Shown in pieces: positions 9,386-17,555 of a stretch of DNA of 64,000 nt (position 1 is the first letter of the stretch; each line of letters starts with the position of its first letter). The stretch covers positions 24,039-88,038 of the forward strand of contig CAJFTG010000002.1 in NCBI GenBank assembly GCA_904419875.1, given 5' to 3'. The stretch comes from Candidatus Avimonas caecicola. Lineage in GTDB: Bacteria; Bacillota; Clostridia; Oscillospirales; Acutalibacteraceae. The position numbers and the translations under genes were made by a program. Under the pieces are notes generated by a model. That model was not told where the DNA came from. It saw only the letters and a program-made list of their open reading frames with translations, and did no database searches.

Positions 9386-10345
9386 CTATTCCCCGGTAAT
9401 CCCGCTCTTGTCAATGCTTTCAATCAGCCTGCGCTCCACCAGAACATAGATCAGGAGCAGCGGGAGGATGGAAAGCACGGCCGCCGCCATCTCGATCCCC
9501 TCGTTGAGCCGGGCTTCGATGCTGTCGGTATCCACCGAGGGATACATCCGCAGGAAGCTGTCGCGGAACCGCTCGAGCGCCAGCGGCAGGGTGACCAGGT
9601 CTTTGCCGAAATAGGTGTCCGCCGCCGACGTCTCGTTCCAGTTCCACACCAGAGAGAAAATGAAGACGACCACGGTGGCGGGCGTTGCGGTGCGCAGGTT
9701 GATTTTCAGGAAAATCCCCGGCTGGCTCGCCCCGTCGATCGCCGCCGCCTCGTCCAGGGAGGGCGGGGACATGCGGAAAAACTGATAATAGATCAGAATG
9801 AAAATCGACTGCTTCAGCCCCTGCCCGAGCAGGGAGGGGAGCAGCACCGGCAGGATGGAATTGTCCAGCCGGTACGAGGTAAACATCACGTATTCCGGCA
9901 GGAAGGAAACCTGGCTCGGGATAAAGAAGGTGGCGAGCATCAGCGCAAAAAGGATCTTTTTGAACGGGAAATCGTGCTTGGCGAACCCATAGGCGATCAT
10001 GGCGGAAACGGCGGTCTGCGCCACGGCGATAATCCCCATGTTCACCAGGGTGACCAACGCGGTCCGGTATCCGCCCAGCGCATTGTACGCCTTGACAAAG
10101 TTGCCGAAGTTGAACGAGGTCGGAAGCCAGCGCACCAGGGGGTCCACCAGGTCATAGGCATCCTTGCCGCTGGCGGAGAGGAAGCAGAAAATCGGGTAGA
10201 GAAATGTGAAGCTCACGCCGGTGAGCAGGACATAGATCACCGCCCGGGACAGGACGGACGGCCTGCCTCCCGCGCCGGTGAAAATCCGCCGGAGCGTCCC
10301 CCTTGTCCATTTCCGCCCGCGGCGGGAGGGACGAATTTCGGTCAT
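9386..10345 (-). CDS. Carbohydrate ABC transporter permease (MalG type)
   Basis: GGAGGGAA Shine-Dalgarno (SD, ribosome-binding site). 319-aa multi-TM protein with an EAA loop (LDEAAAIDGASQPGIFLKINLR). Confidence 0.9.
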   Translation of the reverse strand: MTEIRPSRRGRKWTRGTLRRIFTGAGGRPSVLSRAVIYVLLTGVSFTFLYPIFCFLSASGKDAYDLVDPLVRWLPTSFNFGNFVKAYNALGGYRTALVTLVNMGIIAVAQTAVSAMIAYGFAKHDFPFKKILFALMLATFFIPSQVSFLPEYVMFTSYRLDNSILPVLLPSLLGQGLKQSIFILIYYQFFRMSPPSLDEAAAIDGASQPGIFLKINLRTATPATVVVFIFSLVWNWNETSAADTYFGKDLVTLPLALERFRDSFLRMYPSVDTDSIEARLNEGIEMAAAVLSILPLLLIYVLVERRLIESIDKSGITGE

Positions 10346-10375
10346 ATGGCTGTTCCCTCCTTTCAGGAAAACCGG

Positions 10376-11326
10376 TCAGCCCCGGATCTTGTACCGCCTC
10401 GCCGCGCGCTTCTGCTGCCGGGCCAGCCGGCGGCGGCGTTTGCGCAGCGCCTTTTCCTTCTGCTTCAGGATGTCCTTCTCCCGGCGCCCGAACACAAGGA
10501 ACGCGACCGCCAGAGCCGCCAGGATGAGCAGGAAATACAGCCAGGACGCCGCCGAGGAAAAGCCGAAGCCCTGGGAGGGGGCGAACATCCCCTCCTCAAT
10601 CACGGCGATAAACGGGCTGAGGGAGGACATGGAGATGTCCACCACGGTGTACACCGCGATCAGCAGGATAAACGGCCGGACCATGGGGATGGTGATTTTC
10701 CAGAACTGCTGCCAGGCCGACGCGCCGTCCACCATCGAGGCTTCATACAGCGAGCGGTCCACCTTTTGCAGGCCGGACAGGAAAATCAGCACCTGCACCC
10801 CGCTGAACCAGAAAATCAGCACAATGTTCTGCACGATATACTGGATCGGCGCCGCCAGCAGCGGCGGGACCTGGGTGTTGATAAACTCAAACACAAAGAA
10901 GTCCCCGGCGCCGGGCAGTTCGGTGGCCCCTACGTCCCGCACCTTCTCCAGAATCGGGCCGCTGATGAGGACGACCGGGAGGAAGAAGATCGCCCGGTAA
11001 ACCCGCTGGCCGCGGATATGGCTGTTCAGCAGCAGGGCGAAAAGCAGGGAAAACACCACCACCATCGGCACCATAAACACCATCTGCTGGAGGTAGGTGG
11101 GAATGCCCAGGGTGAAATCCGGGTCGGTAAACAGCACGTCGGTGTAGTTTTTGAGGCCCACCGGCTCGGTACGGGTGCCGTGCGGGGTGATGGTCACGCT
11201 GGAAAAGCTGTACAGGATGGTCTGCGACAGCGGGTAAACCAGGAACACCGCAAAGCCGACGACCCAAGGCAGAACCAGGCAGAAGCCGAACAGCTTCTTC
11301 CGGGTGGAATATTTCATGATCTTCAC
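10376..11326 (-). CDS. Sugar ABC transporter permease (MalF type)
   Basis: GTG start at 11326, 8 nt after GGAGGG (alternative ATG at 11317). N-terminus MKIMKYSTRKKLFGFCLVLPWVVGFAVFLVYPL and loop LYEASMVDGASAWQQFWKITIP are typical. Confidence 0.9.
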   Translation of the reverse strand: MKIMKYSTRKKLFGFCLVLPWVVGFAVFLVYPLSQTILYSFSSVTITPHGTRTEPVGLKNYTDVLFTDPDFTLGIPTYLQQMVFMVPMVVVFSLLFALLLNSHIRGQRVYRAIFFLPVVLISGPILEKVRDVGATELPGAGDFFVFEFINTQVPPLLAAPIQYIVQNIVLIFWFSGVQVLIFLSGLQKVDRSLYEASMVDGASAWQQFWKITIPMVRPFILLIAVYTVVDISMSSLSPFIAVIEEGMFAPSQGFGFSSAASWLYFLLILAALAVAFLVFGRREKDILKQKEKALRKRRRRLARQQKRAARRYKIRG

Positions 11327-11349
11327 GCGGCTTTCCCTCCTTTCCGGGC

Positions 11350-13623
11350 TCAGCCCGCCGAGGCGATGCAGACGGCCTTTCCCGCGGGCACCGTGACGCC
11401 CTCCGCCTGCACCGCATACCCGTTGTAATTCACCAGGACGGTCCGGCCGTTGTCGTACCGCACCACGGATACGCCGTCCTCCGGGCAGCTCCGTCCAACG
11501 GCCGCGGCGCCCGATACCTGGGCCAGCACCGCGTCCACCTGCGCATAAACCTCGCGGATTTCCCCCAGATAATCGTCAAAACGGGAGGAGTACACCGTGT
11601 TGGTGTGGCAGTTGACAAATTCGTCCGAAGACGCCTCGGTCAGCAGATAGGCCGGGTAGACGTTGTAGTCGATCAGCCGCAGGACGGCGTTGTTCCCGCC
11701 CGCGCCAAGGTTCAGCCAGGGCGCAAAGCTCCGGATATGCCCGCCGGTCACCATCTGGGCGAAGGGCACGGCGTCGGTTTCGAAGATATACCGCGAATGC
11801 TGCATATCCACGTTGTAAACAACGTCGGCAAAGGCCAGCGCGTACTGGGACGGGGCCTCGAGCGCCACCAGCCCGCTGGCTTCCCGCAGGGCCCGGAGGT
11901 TCTCCTGCGTGGCGGCCAGCATTTCCGCGCGGGTCATCTCCCGCCCTTCCTTGAAATTGCTGTACAGGGCGCCGCCGATGCCCGGCAGGGCGGCGTTGCG
12001 CTTGTAGGCCGGGAGCCCGGCGTACGAATCCACCAGGCGGGAAACCGTCGGGGCGTCCAGATAATACCGGCTGCTGAAAAGATTGCCGGTGTCGGGCGTG
12101 CTGGTGAACACCCGGTTGATCGCATACAGGAAACCGCTCCGGCGGTACTGGCCCTCGTACGCGCGGCTGAACTCTTTGCTCAGCAGGAGGCCGGAACCGG
12201 GGACGTTCAGCGTGTTGTAAAGCGCCTCCAGCTCCTTTTCGCTGCCCACGCGCCCCTCCAGCGCGTAGCTGCCGGCGTCCCCGCCGCTGTACCCGCCCTT
12301 TTCAAAGCCGTGCAGGGACAGCAGAAGGTTAGGGATCCCCGCCTCCCGCAGCCGGGCCGCCCAGTCCGCCGCGTCCTCCAGGGTGGTAAACACCCGGGTG
12401 GAGGTGCCGAACAGGGAAGCGGCCTGGTCGGCCATAAACGCCTGCACATACAGCGGGATATGCTCCAGGGCCTCCTGCCGCCCCGGCAGCGCCCCCTGCG
12501 CCGCCAGTTGCTCCCGGTAGGCATTCGCCATCCCGGCATAGCTGGCGTCCTCCCCGCTGAGCAGGGTGTAGGTCACCTCCGCGTTGACGGCGTTCGGGGT
12601 CTGCTGCACCACGTCGAAGCCCTCCGATGACCCGGTGGACTGGCGGTACTGCTCCCGGTAGATGAAGACGGGGGACATCCAGTGGAAATCGATCTTGACC
12701 CCGGCAGGGCTGATTTCAAAGCCGGCATAGGTTTCGCCGCCGGTGATCGTCCCCAGGAAGCCGTTCTGGTTGTACCCGTGCACCGCCCCGTACACCGGGA
12801 AGAGCAGGTTTTTGACCGGGGTGGGCGCCAGCCCGTCCCGATAGGCGGCCGGCGCCTGGACGCTGGCATCCGCGCCGTATACCCGCAATAGGGTGGAGGA
12901 ATTGTAGGTTTTGGGTTCCTCGAACCGCATCAGCGCGCCGCAGCCGTCCGGAATGAAGAAATAGCCGGGGATGCTGTCGGCATACGCGGAGCCGAGGAAG
13001 GGCATCACATACAGCCGGGCAAGCCGGTTGTCCTCCTTGTTGAACACCATCTCGTCGTCCGGCACCCGGACGGTAAATCCCTCGTCGGTCAGGGTGATAT
13101 ACACCCGCACGCTCGCATCCGGTTCCTGAAACCGGAGGGTGGCGGCGAGGCCGTCTTCGGTATACACAAGGCCGGCGGTCTCCCGGCTGTACCGGGCGGA
13201 GGAGCGCAGGCTTGCGCCGGTGGCGTTGAAATAGTCCATGGTCAGGAACGCCCGGGAAAAACGCCGCCAGGTTCCGGTCATCGACTGGGCCTCGTTTGCC
13301 GCCGCGCCGCTGGACCAGAGGTAATCCCCCTGCTTGTCCAGCACCTTGACGATAAATTCCTCCTCGTCCACATACAGCGCGAGGCGGTCGTTTTCGCAGA
13401 CCAGCCGGTCGGTGTCCAGGAGCTGCTCGCTCTCCGCCGTGCCCTCCATGTCCTTTTTCACCGTGTAGTCAACGCTTGCCTGCGGGGACAGGGGCCGGGA
13501 ATCCGCCGCCCCGCCGCCGTCACCCTCCTCGCCAAGGGCCGCGCTTCCCGCCAGGAAGGCGGCCGCGCAGAGCAGGGCGGCCGCCCCAAGCAGCCGTTTT
13601 CCGGTTTTTGTCCCGTTAATCAC
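11350..13623 (-). CDS. Large secreted protein of unknown function (DUF5696-like)
   Basis: GTG start at 13623, 7 nt after GGAGGTG, overlapping the upstream stop by 8 nt (GTGATTAA). Signal peptide GKRLLGAAALLCAAAFLAGSAALG. 757 aa with no motif I can assign. The family guess rests on the recurring gene neighbourhood (Yip1 plus sugar permeases) that I recall from Firmicute genomes. Confidence 0.75.
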   Translation of the reverse strand: MINGTKTGKRLLGAAALLCAAAFLAGSAALGEEGDGGGAADSRPLSPQASVDYTVKKDMEGTAESEQLLDTDRLVCENDRLALYVDEEEFIVKVLDKQGDYLWSSGAAANEAQSMTGTWRRFSRAFLTMDYFNATGASLRSSARYSRETAGLVYTEDGLAATLRFQEPDASVRVYITLTDEGFTVRVPDDEMVFNKEDNRLARLYVMPFLGSAYADSIPGYFFIPDGCGALMRFEEPKTYNSSTLLRVYGADASVQAPAAYRDGLAPTPVKNLLFPVYGAVHGYNQNGFLGTITGGETYAGFEISPAGVKIDFHWMSPVFIYREQYRQSTGSSEGFDVVQQTPNAVNAEVTYTLLSGEDASYAGMANAYREQLAAQGALPGRQEALEHIPLYVQAFMADQAASLFGTSTRVFTTLEDAADWAARLREAGIPNLLLSLHGFEKGGYSGGDAGSYALEGRVGSEKELEALYNTLNVPGSGLLLSKEFSRAYEGQYRRSGFLYAINRVFTSTPDTGNLFSSRYYLDAPTVSRLVDSYAGLPAYKRNAALPGIGGALYSNFKEGREMTRAEMLAATQENLRALREASGLVALEAPSQYALAFADVVYNVDMQHSRYIFETDAVPFAQMVTGGHIRSFAPWLNLGAGGNNAVLRLIDYNVYPAYLLTEASSDEFVNCHTNTVYSSRFDDYLGEIREVYAQVDAVLAQVSGAAAVGRSCPEDGVSVVRYDNGRTVLVNYNGYAVQAEGVTVPAGKAVCIASAG

Positions 13624-15646
13624 GCAGGCTCACCTCCGTTATAATCTCGCCGGCAAAAGTGAAAATCTGCTTGACCAGCAGGTAGGCCAGGGACAGCACC
13701 AGGATGGCCACCAGCATGAAAAAGGCGGTCAGCAGCAGGTTCTTGACCAGCTTGCGGAAGGAATAGTCGTGAATCTGGATGAGCGCCGCCATCAGGCCGC
13801 ACGCCACCCAGGCGATGAGGAAGAGGAGCGCCATCTGCCGGATAAACCGCTCGTTATAGGTCAGGGCGTTGAGCAGCAGCGTCAGCAACGGCAGCAGCAG
13901 GATCGCCGGGGAAAAGCTGTAGATGGTGACGATGTAGATGGAGCGCAGCGTGCCCTTTCCGTCCTGGATGGAGCTGATAAAGAAATTGCCGAGGATAAAC
14001 AGGCCGAAGGCGGCGGCCAGAAACAGGAAATTGCTGACGAGGGAAAAATCCTCCGCCTTCTGGGAGAAAAGGAAACCCGACGCCAGCTGAAAGACCACAA
14101 AGACCACAAAGAAGGCCGCAAAAACGAGGGTGGCGGAAAGCACGCTGCCCGCGCGGCCCGCCTGCACCTCGTAGGCGGTGTCGATCGGATGGAGGGCGAA
14201 CCGCCGGACCAGGAGCAGGTCCCGGCCCAGCCTGCCCGCACGGCCCGGAGCCTTCGGCGCGGGCGGGGGCGCGGCGGCCGCCTTTTTTGCCCGGCGACGC
14301 CTCCCCTCCCTCAGCGCCACGGCCAGCACGGCCAGGGCCAGCAGCGCGATCAGGATATACAGCATGTTGTCCTGCAGCCAGAGGTTGCGCAGCTCCCAGT
14401 AGGCTTCGCTGTACTCCTCCCTGGCGCCGGCCACCCGGAATTCCCGGATCGCCCGGGCGTAATCCCCCTGCTGCATATAGTTCTGCCCCATATACAGCCG
14501 CACAAAATACGAGGTGCTGTTCCGCATCAGCACCGATTCCAGTACCTCGCGGCTTTCGTCGTATTTCCCTTCGGAATAGAGGGTCAGCGCGGTGTAAATG
14601 TTCCGCTGAACGTCGGTCGGCTCAAAAATCTGGATATAATTCCGCTGTGCGTCCAGGACATACAGGCGGCCGTCCCCATCCTCGCCGATGCCGGTGGCCA
14701 GGTCGAAAAGGCCGACCCGCTCGGCGCCGTTGGAGCTTCCCCCGAACCGGCAGAGGAAATGGCCGTCCCGGTCCGCCACGGTGATATAGCCCGCGTTGTC
14801 CACCACCAGCATCCGGCCGTCCCCGGCCACAAAAAGGTCTCCCGCCGAGTCAAAGGCCGGAAGACCGCTGCGGCCGGCAAACAGGTCCAGCCCGTTCAGG
14901 CTGTGGCGCTGGACGGTGGAACCCGCCTGCTTGTTGACGGTATACACCAGCCCGTCGGAGCCGGTGAAAATACTGCCGTAGCTCGGCGGGACGCTGGGAA
15001 GGAACCGGTTGAGCTGGTCCTCGGTCAGCACCACGTCCAACAGCTTTTCAAACAAGCCCTTATTCACGTCGTTGGAGGCGAAGAAGCCCAGAAACTCCCC
15101 GGTGCCGTCCATATGGATGACGCCGGTGGTGGAATCCTCGCTGATAATATACGCCCCGCCGCTGCCGGCCGCCGCGATTTTCAGCGGGGAAAACCGGGTG
15201 TTTTTGCCGAAGCTGGGGGTCTGCGGGCGTTCAAACACCTGCTCCACCTCCCCGGTGGGAGAAAAGCGGTAAGCCAGCCCCGCGCCGCGGTCGGCGACGT
15301 AAATGCGGCCCTCCTCGTCGGCGGCCACCCCGCGGGGGTCCTGCAGCAGCCCTTCCCCCACGGTGAAGACGGTTTCCTTCTCAGTATCCAGCACCACCAC
15401 CCGCGCATTCCCGCTGTCCGCGATGTAGAGGGTATGCCCCGCCACATACAGGTCCTGGGCGTTGTCCAGGCCGAGGCTGCCGTACACCCCCACGGGAAGA
15501 TAGGCGTCCGGGGAAATTTCCATCCCCCCGCTGATGGTGGGGGAAACGGTATAGCTGGTGGAGCCGGCGTCCGCCAGCACGCCCAGGCAAAGCGCCGGGA
15601 ACAGCAGCGCCGTCAGGAGGCCGCGGCTCAAAGTGCGGCGTTTCAT
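13616..15646 (-). CDS. Signal peptide + NHL-repeat beta-propeller + TPR + C-terminal Yip1-type multi-TM domain
   Basis: The N-terminal half has repeated NHL-like blades (LYIADSGNARVVVLD, PRGVAADEEGRIYVADRGAG, GDLFVAGDGRMLVVDNAGYITVADRDG, GEDGDGRLYVLDAQRN). A TPR-like segment follows (YSEGKYDESREVLE...QQGDYARAIREF). Then come a TM helix, an Arg/Ala/Pro linker and about five more TM helices resembling Yip1 domains. Confidence 0.8.
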   Translation of the reverse strand: MKRRTLSRGLLTALLFPALCLGVLADAGSTSYTVSPTISGGMEISPDAYLPVGVYGSLGLDNAQDLYVAGHTLYIADSGNARVVVLDTEKETVFTVGEGLLQDPRGVAADEEGRIYVADRGAGLAYRFSPTGEVEQVFERPQTPSFGKNTRFSPLKIAAAGSGGAYIISEDSTTGVIHMDGTGEFLGFFASNDVNKGLFEKLLDVVLTEDQLNRFLPSVPPSYGSIFTGSDGLVYTVNKQAGSTVQRHSLNGLDLFAGRSGLPAFDSAGDLFVAGDGRMLVVDNAGYITVADRDGHFLCRFGGSSNGAERVGLFDLATGIGEDGDGRLYVLDAQRNYIQIFEPTDVQRNIYTALTLYSEGKYDESREVLESVLMRNSTSYFVRLYMGQNYMQQGDYARAIREFRVAGAREEYSEAYWELRNLWLQDNMLYILIALLALAVLAVALREGRRRRAKKAAAAPPPAPKAPGRAGRLGRDLLLVRRFALHPIDTAYEVQAGRAGSVLSATLVFAAFFVVFVVFQLASGFLFSQKAEDFSLVSNFLFLAAAFGLFILGNFFISSIQDGKGTLRSIYIVTIYSFSPAILLLPLLTLLLNALTYNERFIRQMALLFLIAWVACGLMAALIQIHDYSFRKLVKNLLLTAFFMLVAILVLSLAYLLVKQIFTFAGEIITEVSLRD

Positions 15647-15686
15647 GCAACCCTTCCTTTCTTGGACAAAGCGGAGCCGATCGGCC

Positions 15687-16562
15687 TCATTTGATGCCCG
15701 AATGCGCCATGGTGTTGAGCACCTTGTTCTGCATAAAGATAAAGATGACCAGGTTCGGCAGGAACATCACCAGCGTGGCGGCGGCCAGCACGCCCCGGCC
15801 CGCGACCGTGTTGCCCATGCCCACGATCAGGCTGGACAGGTAGAAGGCGAAGGTTCGCATCAGGTCGTTGTCCACATAATACGTGGAGATCTCCACGTTG
15901 TTCCAGGAGCTTTGAAAGGCCAGGATCGCCACGGTGGCCAGCGCCGGCTTCACGATCGGCGCGACGATGCCGGTCACGATCCGGAAATCCCCCGCCCCGT
16001 CGATCCGGGCCGCCTCGATCAGGGCGTCCGGCACCTGGTCGATGAACTGCTTGACCAGGAACAGCCCCACCGGCATCGCCAGCAGCGGCAGGAAAAGGAC
16101 GGCAAAATGATCGATCAGATGGGATTTTTCAATCAGCAGATACCGGGGGATCTGCACCGCCTGCGGCACGAACATCAGCGCCGCCGTGTTAACGGCGAAG
16201 AGCGCGCCCTTCCCGCGGAACTGCTTTTTGGACAGCACGTACCCGGCGTTCAGGGAGATCACCAGGGTGCAGGCCACCGCCAGCAGGGAGGAAACCACGC
16301 TGTTGAACAGATAGCGGGAAAGCGGCACGCCGGAGGCGTCGATCGAGGAGGAAATGTCGTAAAAATTCTCCAGCGTCGGCCTCTGCACGAAAAAGCGGGG
16401 CGGATAGGCGAACAGCTCGTCCATCGGCTTGAACGCGGTGGAGAAAATGTACAGGATGGGAAGCAGCATCACCGCCGCCAGCGGCAGCAGGTACGCGTAA
16501 ATCTTCACCTGGGACAGGCTGAACCGGCTGGGGTTGATTTTGCTGCCCTGAAAGCTGGACAT
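15687..16562 (-). CDS. Carbohydrate ABC transporter permease (MalG type), second pair
   Basis: GGAGAGG SD. 291-aa multi-TM protein with EAA loop (LIEAARIDGAGDFRIVTGIVAP). Confidence 0.9.
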   Translation of the reverse strand: MSSFQGSKINPSRFSLSQVKIYAYLLPLAAVMLLPILYIFSTAFKPMDELFAYPPRFFVQRPTLENFYDISSSIDASGVPLSRYLFNSVVSSLLAVACTLVISLNAGYVLSKKQFRGKGALFAVNTAALMFVPQAVQIPRYLLIEKSHLIDHFAVLFLPLLAMPVGLFLVKQFIDQVPDALIEAARIDGAGDFRIVTGIVAPIVKPALATVAILAFQSSWNNVEISTYYVDNDLMRTFAFYLSSLIVGMGNTVAGRGVLAAATLVMFLPNLVIFIFMQNKVLNTMAHSGIK

Positions 16563-16586
16563 GGATGGGACCTCTCCTTTCCCGCG

Positions 16587-17555
16587 TCAGTCGCGCTCCG
16601 CAAAGAATTTGTTGGCCAGCTGCGACACCAGAAGAATCAGAAGGAGCAGCAGCACCGACAGCGCCGCGGCATAGCCCATGTTGTACTGCAGGAAGCCCTC
16701 GTCCGTGATGTGGGAGACCATCGTCTGCCCGGCGTACTGCGGCGTCGGGTTGGAACCGGTCAGGTCGACGCCGATCTGCCCCGCCGAAAAAGCGTTGACA
16801 ATCGCCATCACCGCGCCGAACAGCATCTGGGGCTTCATGGAAGGGAGGGTGATATAGACAATCTCCTGAAAGCGGTTGCGGATCCCGTCGATATAGCCGG
16901 CCTCGTAGATCTCCGAATCGCCGTTGAGCACCCCGGCCAGCATGGACAGAAAGCCTACGCCCATGCTGGACCAGAGGGAGGCGACAATCATGATCGGCAG
17001 GATATAGTCCGGCGATACCAGCCACTGGATGGGGGTGTCGATCAGGCCGAGGGTGAGCAGGAAGTTGTTGAGATAGCCGTACTCATCCCCGGCAAACACC
17101 ACCTTCCACACCACCGACAGGGTGACGCCGGCGGTCATGGAGGGGGAATAAAAGATCAGCGCCAGGATGGTGCGCGGCCAGCGGGAGATCTGCGCCAGGG
17201 ACCAGGCGAGCAGAAACTGGAGCACAAAGCCGCCGGCCCCCACAACGACCGAGAAAACCATCATGTTCGGCAGGACGTTGCGCATGAGCACGTCGTCCTG
17301 GGTCAGCGCCTGGATATAGTTGGCCAGGCCGTTCCACTCCGGAGGGTTCACCATGTTGAAATAGGTGAAGCTCAGGATAATGGCCACAGCGATGGGTGCG
17401 GCGACAAAAAACAGGAACAGCACGCCGTAAGGACCGAGCAGCAGCGTATTGGACAGGAGGTCCCCCCGGCGCCGGGCTCTCCGGCCGCGGGACGGCTTCT
17501 CCTTTTTCTCCCCGTTTTCCCCTTTTCCGCCCTTCACGGCTGCCCCTCCTTCCAT
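16587..17555 (-). CDS. Sugar ABC transporter permease (MalF type), second pair
   Basis: AGGAGG lies 7 nt before the ATG at 17555, inside the 3' end of the upstream SBP gene (22-nt overlap). Loop [23 protein letters not shown]. Lys/Gly/Arg-rich N-terminal tail. Confidence 0.88.
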   Translation of the reverse strand: MEGGAAVKGGKGENGEKKEKPSRGRRARRRGDLLSNTLLLGPYGVLFLFFVAAPIAVAIILSFTYFNMVNPPEWNGLANYIQALTQDDVLMRNVLPNMMVFSVVVGAGGFVLQFLLAWSLAQISRWPRTILALIFYSPSMTAGVTLSVVWKVVFAGDEYGYLNNFLLTLGLIDTPIQWLVSPDYILPIMIVASLWSSMGVGFLSMLAGVLNGDSEIYEAGYIDGIRNRFQEIVYITLPSMKPQMLFGAVMAIVNAFSAGQIGVDLTGSNPTPQYAGQTMVSHITDEGFLQYNMGYAAALSVLLLLLILLVSQLANKFFAERD

